Shown piece by piece: positions 9,205 through 18,500 of a DNA stretch of 61,051 nucleotides; the first letter of the stretch is position 1; each line of letters starts with the position of its first letter. The position numbers and the translations under genes were made by a program. This DNA is from Eubacteriales bacterium (GTDB taxonomy: Bacteria; Bacillota; Clostridia; Oscillospirales; CAG-272): assembly GCA_045541735.1 (NCBI GenBank), contig JAZQJQ010000009.1, forward strand, positions 1 through 61,051, in the 5' to 3' direction. The notes beneath the pieces are model-generated. The model saw only the letters and a list, made by a program, of their open reading frames with translations. It was not told where the DNA came from and did no database searches.

Positions 9205-10407
9205 TTAATACTTCTCGTTAAGGAGCTTAATTCCGTCGATCTTGAGATCGAAATAAGGAGCTGAACGCTTCTCTGATTCGTGGAAATATCCATCATAAAC
9301 AACCTTAGTGTCGGGAGTATATGCATCATCGGTGTCTACATCCGCAAGATGTGCATCGGTGAGCTTAGCTCCGTTAACGGTAAAGGTGTTAATATCAAAT
9401 ACGTGGAGGGTGCCGTTAATAAGAGCGGTCTTAGCTGTTTCGATAGCTTCTTTGGTTCCGGCAGCAGCAACCTTTTCGTTAATGTCGCTGAGAACAACGG
9501 AGCCTGCGTCAAGACCCTTGCACCAGTCAGCAGGGATCTCAGTGCCGTTCTTTACGGATGTGATGATGAACTCCATATAGGGAGCCCAGTTGATAGCGGA
9601 AGAGATAATGAAGGTATTAGGACCTGCAGCAACTGTGCTTCCGTTATAAGAAACGTTGGGAACGCCTGCAGCCTCACATGCGGTAGGAGCGCCCATAGAG
9701 TCAGCATGCTGAGAAATGAGCTTGCAGCCTGAAGAGATAAGGTTGTTAGCAGCTTCCTTCTCTGCAGCCTCATCGTACCAGCTTCCGGTAAAGGAAACGT
9801 CCATAGTAGCGGTGGGGCAAACGCTTCTTGCGCCAAGGAAGAAGGAGGTGTAACCGGAGATAACCTCAGCGTAGGTGTATGCACCAACGTAACCGATCTT
9901 AGCCTCATCAGCCTTGAACTTTCCTGCGGCGATCATCTCATTGAGCTTCATACCTGCTGCGATACCTGCAAGGTATCTGCCCTGGTAGATAGAAGCAAAT
10001 GCATTATGATAGTTGGAAAGTCCCTCGGTATGAGCTCTGGTGCCGGTAGCATGGCAGAACTGAACGTTGGGGAAGGTCTTAGCAGCCTGGATCATATAAG
10101 GCTCGTGACCGAAGCTGTCTGCGAATACAAGGGAGCAGCCCTGGTCAACAAGGTCAGCAGCAGCATCATAGCACTCCTGGCCCTCGGGGATGTTAACCTT
10201 GATGATTACCTGATCATCGGAAAGACCAAGGTTCTTCTGTGCGGTCTTAACAGCGTTGATGAAGTTAAGATCGTAAGTAGAGTTCTCATCATGCAGGAAA
10301 ATAAATCCAACCTTAAAGTCAGAGTTGGAGCTTCCGCAAGATGCGAAGATAGTGCTGAAGGATGCGATCATCAGCACTGCGAGAATAAGGGAAAGTACTC
10401 TTTTCAT
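9205..10407 (-). CDS. BMP family nucleoside ABC substrate-binding lipoprotein
   Basis: Lipobox FASC; FADSFGH, YLAGIAAG and ISQHAD motifs. ATG 10407 follows GGAGG. Confidence 0.9.
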   Translation of the reverse strand: MKRVLSLILAVLMIASFSTIFASCGSSNSDFKVGFIFLHDENSTYDLNFINAVKTAQKNLGLSDDQVIIKVNIPEGQECYDAAADLVDQGCSLVFADSFGHEPYMIQAAKTFPNVQFCHATGTRAHTEGLSNYHNAFASIYQGRYLAGIAAGMKLNEMIAAGKFKADEAKIGYVGAYTYAEVISGYTSFFLGARSVCPTATMDVSFTGSWYDEAAEKEAANNLISSGCKLISQHADSMGAPTACEAAGVPNVSYNGSTVAAGPNTFIISSAINWAPYMEFIITSVKNGTEIPADWCKGLDAGSVVLSDINEKVAAAGTKEAIETAKTALINGTLHVFDINTFTVNGAKLTDAHLADVDTDDAYTPDTKVVYDGYFHESEKRSAPYFDLKIDGIKLLNEKY

Positions 10408-10462
10408 TGCAAAATTCCTCCAAAAAAATTTATTTTCAAAAGGTTTGACCTTTATCAAATAC

Positions 10463-11035
10463 TCAGCAGAACTCTATGCCGTGATCGGCAGACATTGACG
10501 CGATCTTGGCAAGAGAATGAACTGGGATACCCATTGCGCGGACTGCGTCGCCACCGCCCTGATAAGCCTTTTCAACGACCGTGCCGCAACCAACGACCTC
10601 AGCCCCTGCTTGACGGCAAAGTGAAATAAGCGCTTTAAGAGCATTGCCACCTGCAAGAAAATCATCAATGATAAGTACTTTATCTTCCTTACCAAGGTAG
10701 CTGGCAGAAACGGATATATTGTATTCCACACCTTTTGTGTAGGAAAAACAAGAGGCGGAATACAGTTTATCGTCGCTGTTTTTTCCGAATATTTTTTTAG
10801 CATAAAGAACAGGGCAACCGAAATTCAAAGCAGTTATGCACGCAATACCAATACCCGAAGATTCGACCGTGAGGATCTTATTAATTCCCTTTTCTCCAAA
10901 AAGACGGTAAAATTCTTTTCCGCCCTTATCAATCAAAGAAACATCGATCTGATGATTGAGAAAGTGATCGATCTTCAATACATCTCCGGGAAGCACTTTA
11001 CAATTTTCTCGAATTGCATCTTCAAAAATCTTCAT
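10463..11035 (-). CDS. xpt: Xanthine phosphoribosyltransferase
   Basis: LKIDHFLNHQID, LTVESSGI and VLIIDDFLAGG motifs. ATG 11035. Confidence 0.93.
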   Translation of the reverse strand: MKIFEDAIRENCKVLPGDVLKIDHFLNHQIDVSLIDKGGKEFYRLFGEKGINKILTVESSGIGIACITALNFGCPVLYAKKIFGKNSDDKLYSASCFSYTKGVEYNISVSASYLGKEDKVLIIDDFLAGGNALKALISLCRQAGAEVVGCGTVVEKAYQGGGDAVRAMGIPVHSLAKIASMSADHGIEFC

Positions 11036-11066
11036 AATAACACCCCGTTCATAAATAGATAACAAT

Positions 11067-11095
11067 ATATTAACATTTTCGACAAAGATTTTCAA
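11067..11095 (-). promoter_or_regulatory. Putative sigma-A promoter of the xpt-nup operon
   Basis: TTGAAA-17-TAATAT with TG extension. Confidence 0.5.
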
Positions 11096-11142
11096 TTGAT
11101 ATTTAAAAGATATATCAACAATTTTATGGGTATAGTTTTAGT

Positions 11143-11177
11143 AAAAATAAACAACCACCGCGAGCGGTGGCTGTTTA
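11143..11177 (-). terminator. Intrinsic terminator after deoD
   Basis: AAACAGCCACCGC/GCGGTGGTTGTTT hairpin followed by a T-tract. Confidence 0.75.
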
Positions 11178-11180
11178 TGG

Positions 11181-11900
11181 TTATATTCTGATGGCAGTAT
11201 TCAAAGCAACTTCCATCATCTGCGTAAATGATGTCTGGCGCTCCTCAGCCGTGGTGGCAATACCGGTAAGTATCTCGTCGGAAATCGTAAGTATACCGAG
11301 AGCGCGTTTTTTAGCTTTGGCTGCGTTCATATAAAGCGCAGCGCATTCCATTTCAACACAAAGAACGTTCATTGCAGCAAATCTGGAGGAAGCTTCGGTG
11401 TCATCGGAATAAAATGTGTCGCTGGATAGCACATTCCCTACATGTACGTTTGCACCGAGTTTGACAGCTTCTTCCTTAGCCTTGCAAAGGAGATCAAAAT
11501 CACCTATCGGAGCATAAGTTCCGGGAATACGGAACTGTGAACCGTATGCGCTGTTTGTTGAGGCGCCCTGAGCAAGAACGATGTCACGAACTTTTATGTT
11601 TTGCTGAAGAGAGCCCGCAGAACCTACGCGGAAAATCGCCTCAACACCGAAAATATTATAAAGCTCCCAACTGTATATGCCGATAGAGGGAATACCCATA
11701 CCGCTTGCCATTACAGAAACGGGTTCTCCCTTCCAAGTTCCCGTATATCCTTGAATACCGCGCACGTTGTTTACAAGGCGGACATTTTCAAGAAAATTTT
11801 CAGCAATGAATTTTGAACGCAGAGGATCTCCCGGCATAAGTACTACCGGTGCAAAGTCTGAAGGGCTTGCATTTATATGAGGGGTAGGATAATCAGCCAT
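11181..11900 (-). CDS. deoD: Purine nucleoside phosphorylase, DeoD-type
   Basis: TPHI, VLMPGDPLR, GMGIPS, VEME and EERQ motifs. Confidence 0.96.
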   Translation of the reverse strand: MADYPTPHINASPSDFAPVVLMPGDPLRSKFIAENFLENVRLVNNVRGIQGYTGTWKGEPVSVMASGMGIPSIGIYSWELYNIFGVEAIFRVGSAGSLQQNIKVRDIVLAQGASTNSAYGSQFRIPGTYAPIGDFDLLCKAKEEAVKLGANVHVGNVLSSDTFYSDDTEASSRFAAMNVLCVEMECAALYMNAAKAKKRALGILTISDEILTGIATTAEERQTSFTQMMEVALNTAIRI

Positions 11901-11929
11901 AACAATACCACCTTTCTGAATTTAATTAA

Positions 11930-11958
11930 ATTCTAACAATTCTAACAGAAAAAGTCAA
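11930..11958 (-). promoter_or_regulatory. sigma-A promoter of deoD
   Basis: TTGACT-17-TAGAAT with TG extension; overlaps a tandem TGTTAGAAT repeat. Confidence 0.6.
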
Positions 11959-12056
11959 TATTTTGCCCCAAGATTGATATTGATTTAACGATTTTATGTA
12001 AACATTACAAAATATACTTTGCATAATGACACAATTGACGAAAATGGTGAAATTGA

Positions 12057-12085
12057 TTGAATTTTGATATTATATATGGTATTAT
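12057..12085 (+). promoter_or_regulatory. Putative sigma-A promoter of the etf/ldh operon
   Basis: TTGAAT-17-TATTAT with TG extension. Confidence 0.5.
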
Positions 12086-12121
12086 TATATGGAAAATACA
12101 TAATAGCGAAAGGAATCGTTT

Positions 12122-12910
12122 ATGAACATAATCGTTTGTATCAAGCAGGTCCCGGATACCAACAAAGTTGAAGTCGATCCCGTTACCGGCGTTCTGAAAA
12201 GAAACGGCGTTGACTCAAAAATGAACCCGTACGACCTATACGCTATCGAGACTGCGCTCCGAATAAAAGAACAAAACGGCGGAAAGGTGACGGTAATAAC
12301 CATGGGTCCCCCTCAGGCTGAGGCGGTGATCCGCGAGTCGTATTCTCTCGGCACCGACGCCGGAATGCTTCTTACCGACCGCGGCTTTGCCGGTGCAGAC
12401 GTACTTGCCACAAGCAAAGCCATATCCGGCGGAATTGATCTTATAGGTGAGTACGATCTGATCATCTGCGGAAAACAAAGCACAGACGGAGATACAGCTC
12501 AGGTAGGTCCCGAGATTTCGGAATGGCTTAACCTCCCTTCCGTTACGAACGTCACCGCTGTTCACGAAATAACCGATAATACTATAACCGTATCACGAGA
12601 ACTTCCGGAAGCAAGCGAAAAGCTTGTGCTTACTTTCCCCTGCCTTATTAGTGTTGAAAAAGACATCTACATTCCCAGACTCCCTTCCTATCTGAAAAAG
12701 CAGGCCACAAAAGACCGCGAGGTAAGGTACGTCACTCTCAAGGATCTTAAAGACAATTCTCCCGAGGGATACGGTCTCAACGGCTCACCTACCCAGGTGC
12801 AGCGCATATTCCCGCCGAGCGTCAACGATGACCGCGAACTGTGGGAGGGTAATGCAGAAGAACTGAACGATAAGATCGCTAATAAGCTAAAAGAGCTTAA
12901 ATTTATATGA
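12122..12910 (+). CDS. etfB: Electron transfer flavoprotein beta subunit (LctB-like)
   Basis: CIKQVPDT, MNPYD, GADVLATS and GKQSTDGDTAQVGP motifs. Confidence 0.93.
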   Translation: MNIIVCIKQVPDTNKVEVDPVTGVLKRNGVDSKMNPYDLYAIETALRIKEQNGGKVTVITMGPPQAEAVIRESYSLGTDAGMLLTDRGFAGADVLATSKAISGGIDLIGEYDLIICGKQSTDGDTAQVGPEISEWLNLPSVTNVTAVHEITDNTITVSRELPEASEKLVLTFPCLISVEKDIYIPRLPSYLKKQATKDREVRYVTLKDLKDNSPEGYGLNGSPTQVQRIFPPSVNDDRELWEGNAEELNDKIANKLKELKFI

Positions 12911-12923
12911 GGGGTGAACGGAT

Positions 12924-14111
12924 ATGCCGAAACTTATAATCGATACTTCTAAAATTACCGACGTTCCCGCTTTTCTGAAGCTTTGCCCCTTTGGCGCGCT
13001 TTATGAAAAAGACGGAAAGGTTGATGTTTCCGCAGCGTGCAAAATGTGCCGTATTTGCGTCAAAAAAGGACCCGCCGGCGCCGCTACATATGTTGAGGAC
13101 GAGAAAAGACCCGAAATAAACAAATCGGAATGGAACGGCGTAGTTGTTTACGTTGACCACGAGGACGGAAAAATACATCCCGTTACACTGGAGCTCCTCG
13201 GCAAAGCAAGAGAGCTTGCAAATAAAATAGGCCACAAGGTATGTGCCGTATTTATCGGAAGCGGCATCACCGCGAGTGCCGGCGAGCTTCTCCATTACGG
13301 ATGCGACGAGGTATACGTTTACGACGATCCTACACTAAAACGCTATATACCTGAGCTTTATACCGCTGTTTTCGAAAGCTACATCAAGACAAATAAACCA
13401 TGTGCTATACTCGTCGGTGCAACGACCACAGGACGTGAGCTTGCCCCCAGGATCGCCGCTCGCTTCAAAACGGGACTCACCGCTGACTGTACTATACTTG
13501 ATATGGCTGAAAACACGGATCTTATTCAGATCCGTCCTGCATTCGGCGGAAACATAATGGCGCAGATCATATGTCCGAACAACCGTCCGCAGCTTGCAAC
13601 TGTTCGTTATAAGGTAATGACAGCGCCGGAGCGCTCCAAAGAACCTCAAGGTAAGATCGTTAACTGCTCCGTTGACGGAATTGATCTTAACACCACAACA
13701 AAGATAATCGAAGTTTCTCCCAAGCAGAAGCTCAAGACCATCGAAAGCGCAGACGTTATAGTGGCAGTCGGCCGCGGATTAAAATCCAAGGATGACATTG
13801 CTCTTGCTAAAGAGCTTGCGGACCTTATTGGCGCCGAACTTGCCTGCACACGTCCTCTTGTTGAAGCCGGATGGATGGACGCAAAGCATCAGATAGGACT
13901 TTCCGGCAGAACTGTCAGACCCAAGCTCATTATCTGCTGCGGAATTTCTGGTGCTGTTCAATTTACTGCGGGAATGAACAATTCTGATTATATTTTTGCG
14001 ATCAACAAGGATGAGAATGCACCTATATTTAAGGTTGCAAATTACGGTATCGTCGGTGATATATATGAGATTCTGCCTCAGCTTATCGCGAAGATAAAGG
14101 AGGGTAAATGA
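12924..14111 (+). CDS. etfA: Electron transfer flavoprotein alpha subunit with N-terminal ferredoxin-like domain (LctC-like)
   Basis: CPFGA...CKMCRIC; RPAFGGN, QIGLSG and GISGAVQF motifs. Confidence 0.93.
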   Translation: MPKLIIDTSKITDVPAFLKLCPFGALYEKDGKVDVSAACKMCRICVKKGPAGAATYVEDEKRPEINKSEWNGVVVYVDHEDGKIHPVTLELLGKARELANKIGHKVCAVFIGSGITASAGELLHYGCDEVYVYDDPTLKRYIPELYTAVFESYIKTNKPCAILVGATTTGRELAPRIAARFKTGLTADCTILDMAENTDLIQIRPAFGGNIMAQIICPNNRPQLATVRYKVMTAPERSKEPQGKIVNCSVDGIDLNTTTKIIEVSPKQKLKTIESADVIVAVGRGLKSKDDIALAKELADLIGAELACTRPLVEAGWMDAKHQIGLSGRTVRPKLIICCGISGAVQFTAGMNNSDYIFAINKDENAPIFKVANYGIVGDIYEILPQLIAKIKEGK

Positions 14112-15496
14112 TGTTTAACGAAAAATACTGTTCAGATATATTCGATATCATTAAAGACGACTCGAGAGTCTTTTTTGGTGATGATATAATTGAAGAATAC
14201 AGCCATGACGAGCTTGGAGGTACCTATAGCAGACCTGATGCGGTAGTTAAAGCTATTTCCGCCGAGGAGATCAGCGCTGTGTGCAAATACGCTTACGAGC
14301 ACGATATTCCGATCACTGCGCGCGGAAGCGGAACCGGACTTGTCGGCGCTTGCGTTCCTGTTTGCAACGGTATAATCATCGATACAACTCTTATGAATCA
14401 TTTCCTTGAGCTTGACGAAGAAAATCTCACCCTCACCGTTGAGCCCGGCGTGCTACTGATGGAGATCGGTAAATACGTTGAAGAGCACGATCTCTTTTAT
14501 CCGCCTGATCCCGGTGAAAAAACAGCGACGATCGGCGGAAACATCAGCACCAACGCCGGAGGTATGAGAGCGGTTAAATACGGAGTTACGCGCGATTACG
14601 TACGCGAGCTCGAGGTCGTGCTTCCCGACGGCCGTATAGTCACATTCGGAGGCAAGATAGTTAAAAACAGCTCAGGATACGATCTAAAAGACCTAATGAT
14701 AGGCAGTGAAGGAACCCTTGGAATCATTACAAAGGCTACCCTGAAGCTTCTTCCCCTCCCTAAGAAGACTATAAGCCTTCTTATTCCCTTCCCGGATATA
14801 TCAACTGCGATCAAAACAGTTCCAGCGATCATTAAAGCGAAGTGCATTCCCACGGCCATAGAGTTTATGCAGAAGGAAGTTATTTCTGATGCCGAGAGCT
14901 ACCTCGGAAGCAAATTCCCGGACAGCTCAGCTGACGCATATCTCCTTTTAAAGTTTGACGGACAGAGCACTCAGGAGATCGAGGGATATTACGACGGTGC
15001 CGCTCAGATCTGCCTTGAGCGCGGCGCAAAGGATATCTTTATCAGCGACACAGCAGAGCGCGATGAAACTATTTGGAAAGCGCGAGGAGCATTCCTTGAA
15101 GCGATAAAGAACTCTACGACAGATATGGATGAGGTCGACGTTGTTGTTCCAAGAAGTAACGTTAGCGAGATGGTAGAATTCTCCCATAAGCTTCAGGATA
15201 AAGTTGGTGCTCGAATTAAATGCTTCGGACACGCTGGCGACGGCAATCTTCATATCTACGTTCTTAAAGACGATCTGACAGAAGAGCAATGGAAAGAAAA
15301 ACTCGGCGCCGCTATGGACCATATGTACGCAAAGGCTAAAGAGCTTAACGGCGAGGTCTCCGGCGAGCACGGTATCGGATACGCAAAGAAGGAATATCTC
15401 CACAGATCACTTGACCCCGTCTCCATCGAGCTGATGCGTGGCATAAAAAAGGTATTCGACCCCAAAAATCTTCTAAACCCCGGAAAGATATTTTAA
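14108..15496 (+). CDS. FAD-linked oxidoreductase, GlcD/LctD family (probable D-lactate dehydrogenase)
   Basis: [30 protein letters not shown] and GEHGIG motifs; ATGA overlap with etfA. Confidence 0.85.
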   Translation: MMFNEKYCSDIFDIIKDDSRVFFGDDIIEEYSHDELGGTYSRPDAVVKAISAEEISAVCKYAYEHDIPITARGSGTGLVGACVPVCNGIIIDTTLMNHFLELDEENLTLTVEPGVLLMEIGKYVEEHDLFYPPDPGEKTATIGGNISTNAGGMRAVKYGVTRDYVRELEVVLPDGRIVTFGGKIVKNSSGYDLKDLMIGSEGTLGIITKATLKLLPLPKKTISLLIPFPDISTAIKTVPAIIKAKCIPTAIEFMQKEVISDAESYLGSKFPDSSADAYLLLKFDGQSTQEIEGYYDGAAQICLERGAKDIFISDTAERDETIWKARGAFLEAIKNSTTDMDEVDVVVPRSNVSEMVEFSHKLQDKVGARIKCFGHAGDGNLHIYVLKDDLTEEQWKEKLGAAMDHMYAKAKELNGEVSGEHGIGYAKKEYLHRSLDPVSIELMRGIKKVFDPKNLLNPGKIF

Positions 15497-15512
15497 GTAT
15501 TAATTATAACGA

Positions 15513-15545
15513 CTGCCCCGCACCGATCGAATCGGTGCGGGGCAG
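15513..15545. terminator. Strong hairpin between the convergent lctD-like and LRR genes
   Basis: CTGCCCCGCACCGAT-CGA-ATCGGTGCGGGGCAG. Confidence 0.75.
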
Positions 15546-15577
15546 ATTCTTTATAGTGAATTTATTAAATGAAAATA

Positions 15578-18500
15578 TTAATTCTTAGAGATATATCTCT
15601 TTGCTGAATCGCCGTATTTCATCATAGCTTTAACAAGATCACCAAGACCGTCGGGATCATTTTGCTTACTTGCGGCATATGATTCTACACTGTAAGTAAT
15701 AATGTTGCTTACTATATTGTCATCAGAATCAACAAGAACAGCTGTTATCTCATCGGATAGCTGCGCCACACTGAATGAGCCAAATGAAACAACGTAGCGG
15801 TCACCAATATAAGGTATCTTTTCGCCGCTGATTCGAGTCTCTTTTCCGTTTACAGTGATAACTGCAGTAAGATTATTGATATCTATCTCGGAATTTATTA
15901 CGAACTTGAATTCAACGGCAATATTATGTTTAAGAGCAAGACTTGCACTCTTCCATGATGCATCAGCACCTTGAGGCTTTGAAGAGGTAACAGACGAAAG
16001 CGCTCTCATATCGGAAGTACCGAAAGCCCTTTGCTCATCGCTAAGTGCCGCGTTAACAAGATCGTTTGAATTACGACCGCTATACATCTGCGCCGCAGCA
16101 CCGTAATTCAGAAGATCAACAAGAAGAGTTTTTAAATTGTCTGAGGCCGAATCCTTTGAAAGCATATTGTAGCAATATTTTGCAACACTGTATTCGATCT
16201 TACCCAATTCGTACACTTCATCATTATAGTAGCCGTACAGAGTTGCCACAACGGTTTCACCGAGTCTATCCGGAGCAATATGACGGAATGTAAACGTATA
16301 GACAATATCATCATTAGCGAATTCGGTATTAAAATCGATTATCTTAGTAACAACACCGTTCACCTTGCAAACAACGTAAGGATCGTAATATCCGGGAACA
16401 AGAACAGAGGATTCAGCAACTTTGAAGTTGATTGCCAGATCATTGTAAAGAGACAAGGATGCACTTCTGAACTTAACCTGTAACGGAACAAATTCAAAGC
16501 CGGATTTAATTGCAAAGTCAGCTACCGGATTAGGATATCCGTAAATCTTAAATGCGTCAGAAACATTATCGAAAGCCCCTTCTTCCAGAATTACGGTCTG
16601 CGAATAAATAACAATCTTTTTAAGATTAACACAATTATGGAATGCGCCGTTCGGAATATAATTAATTGATTTCGGCAATGTTGCCTCAGATAATGAATCA
16701 CAATTATTGAAAGCGTATTTGCTAATATTGATTACACTCTCGGGGATTGTATAAGAGCTGTCAGCTTTAGCGGCAGGATAGCAAATAAGCAGATCCTTAT
16801 ATATGTTAAATAAAACTCCGTTTTCAGCTACTAAATGGGCGTTCAAAGCGTCAACGGAAAAAGCAATCAAATTGTCGCATCCATTAAATGCAGACCCTTC
16901 TACCCACATTACACCGGATGGAATATTAAAATCCTCGATATTTGTCAGACCGGTAAATGCATTTATTCCGATACCGATGACCTTATCACCCAATGCAACC
17001 TTAAAAATTTGATCAGCGTATTTTGCCCATGGAGCTTCGGCAGGGGTTTCCTTTCCGTCAAAATAAATATCGGAACATCCTTCTATCTCAAGAAGGCCAT
17101 CCTCATAAAGTGTCCAGTACATAGGAGAGGTCTCATAACCAAAGGTTCCCATATCTATGATAACAAGACAATCAATTCCATTATCCTTCGCGTGTTTTAT
17201 CGCTGTAGAATGTGCCTTCGCTGACAATACGAGATCTTCGTTGCAGTTTTTGAATACGTCGCTGCCAAAATCCATATCAGCGCCTACTACCGTTACGTTC
17301 ACAAGCGAAGTGCATTCACTGAAAGAGAGATCTCCGATGTTTGATACGTTTTCGTGAATTACAACATTCTTTAGATGCTTACAACCGCTGAATGCATAAC
17401 TGCTTATCGTGGTTACCGAAGCAGGTATCTGATATTCAAAATCAGCCATTCCGGCGGGGTACGCAACAAGTGTCGTCTTATCGGATGTAAGAAGCACGCC
17501 GCTGTCCGAAACGTAAGACATATTTGCGGCTACTACCTTAAAATAAGCAAGGTTCGAGCAACCAGCAAAAGCTTTTGAAGAAACGGACGTAACGCTTGCG
17601 GGAATATAAACTTCTTTTAACATAGCACATCCGGAGAAGGAGTTGGCACCAATACCGGTAACACCGTCATTTATATCAAGTATTGTGATCATATCTGAAT
17701 ACTTGGTCCAAGGCGCGGAAGATGCCTTTTCAAAATCCGGAATTACAGCCTTACCTTCGATTACAAGTTCGTTATTATCATATAAAGTCCAGCTGAGTGC
17801 ATCAATTGTACCTGAATCGACTTTAACCTTTAATCTTTCAAACGCAAAACCATTCTCATAAGCAAAAGACTCTGCTATTGATCCGGCAGGAGCAACAATA
17901 ACAAGATCGGCAGAACATCCCGTAAGAGAGTTGAATGCAAGCTGAGTGTCGGCAGATATAACGGTTATCTTTCTGAGATTTGAGCAGTTAAAGAATGCAT
18001 AGTTAGAAATCTCAGTAACACTTGAAGGAATTACAATCTCTTCGAGCGAGGAGCAGAATCTGAATGTACTGGTTAAAATGGCAGTGATCTTTGCGGGGAT
18101 ATTTACAGTTTTTAAACTGTTGCAATTATAAAATGCGTATTTACCTATATACGAAACAGTATCCGGTATATTGATCTGCTCTAAAGCGCGGTTGTTATAA
18201 AAAGCTCTGTCGGAAATATTAATTAAGGAATCCGGAAGAGATATTATAGACAAGTTATTACAACCGTTAAAAGCATCTGCCGCAATATTTGTTACGCCGT
18301 TAGGTACTTGATAAGAAGTTATTGTTTTACCTAAGGGATAGTAAACAAGAACGGTACCCCCGTCGGAGAAAAGAACACCGTCTAATTCACTGAAAATGAC
18401 GTTTTTATCATCAACAGAAATATCAGTAAGCGAATTACAGGATGAGAACGCAAAGGATCCTATTATCTCAACATTAGCAGAAATAGTAATGGCGGTCAAA

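Noticed and set aside
11036-11180. Purine riboswitch upstream of xpt
   Set aside because: No aptamer core visible. The only hairpin is the deoD terminator, upstream of the predicted promoter.
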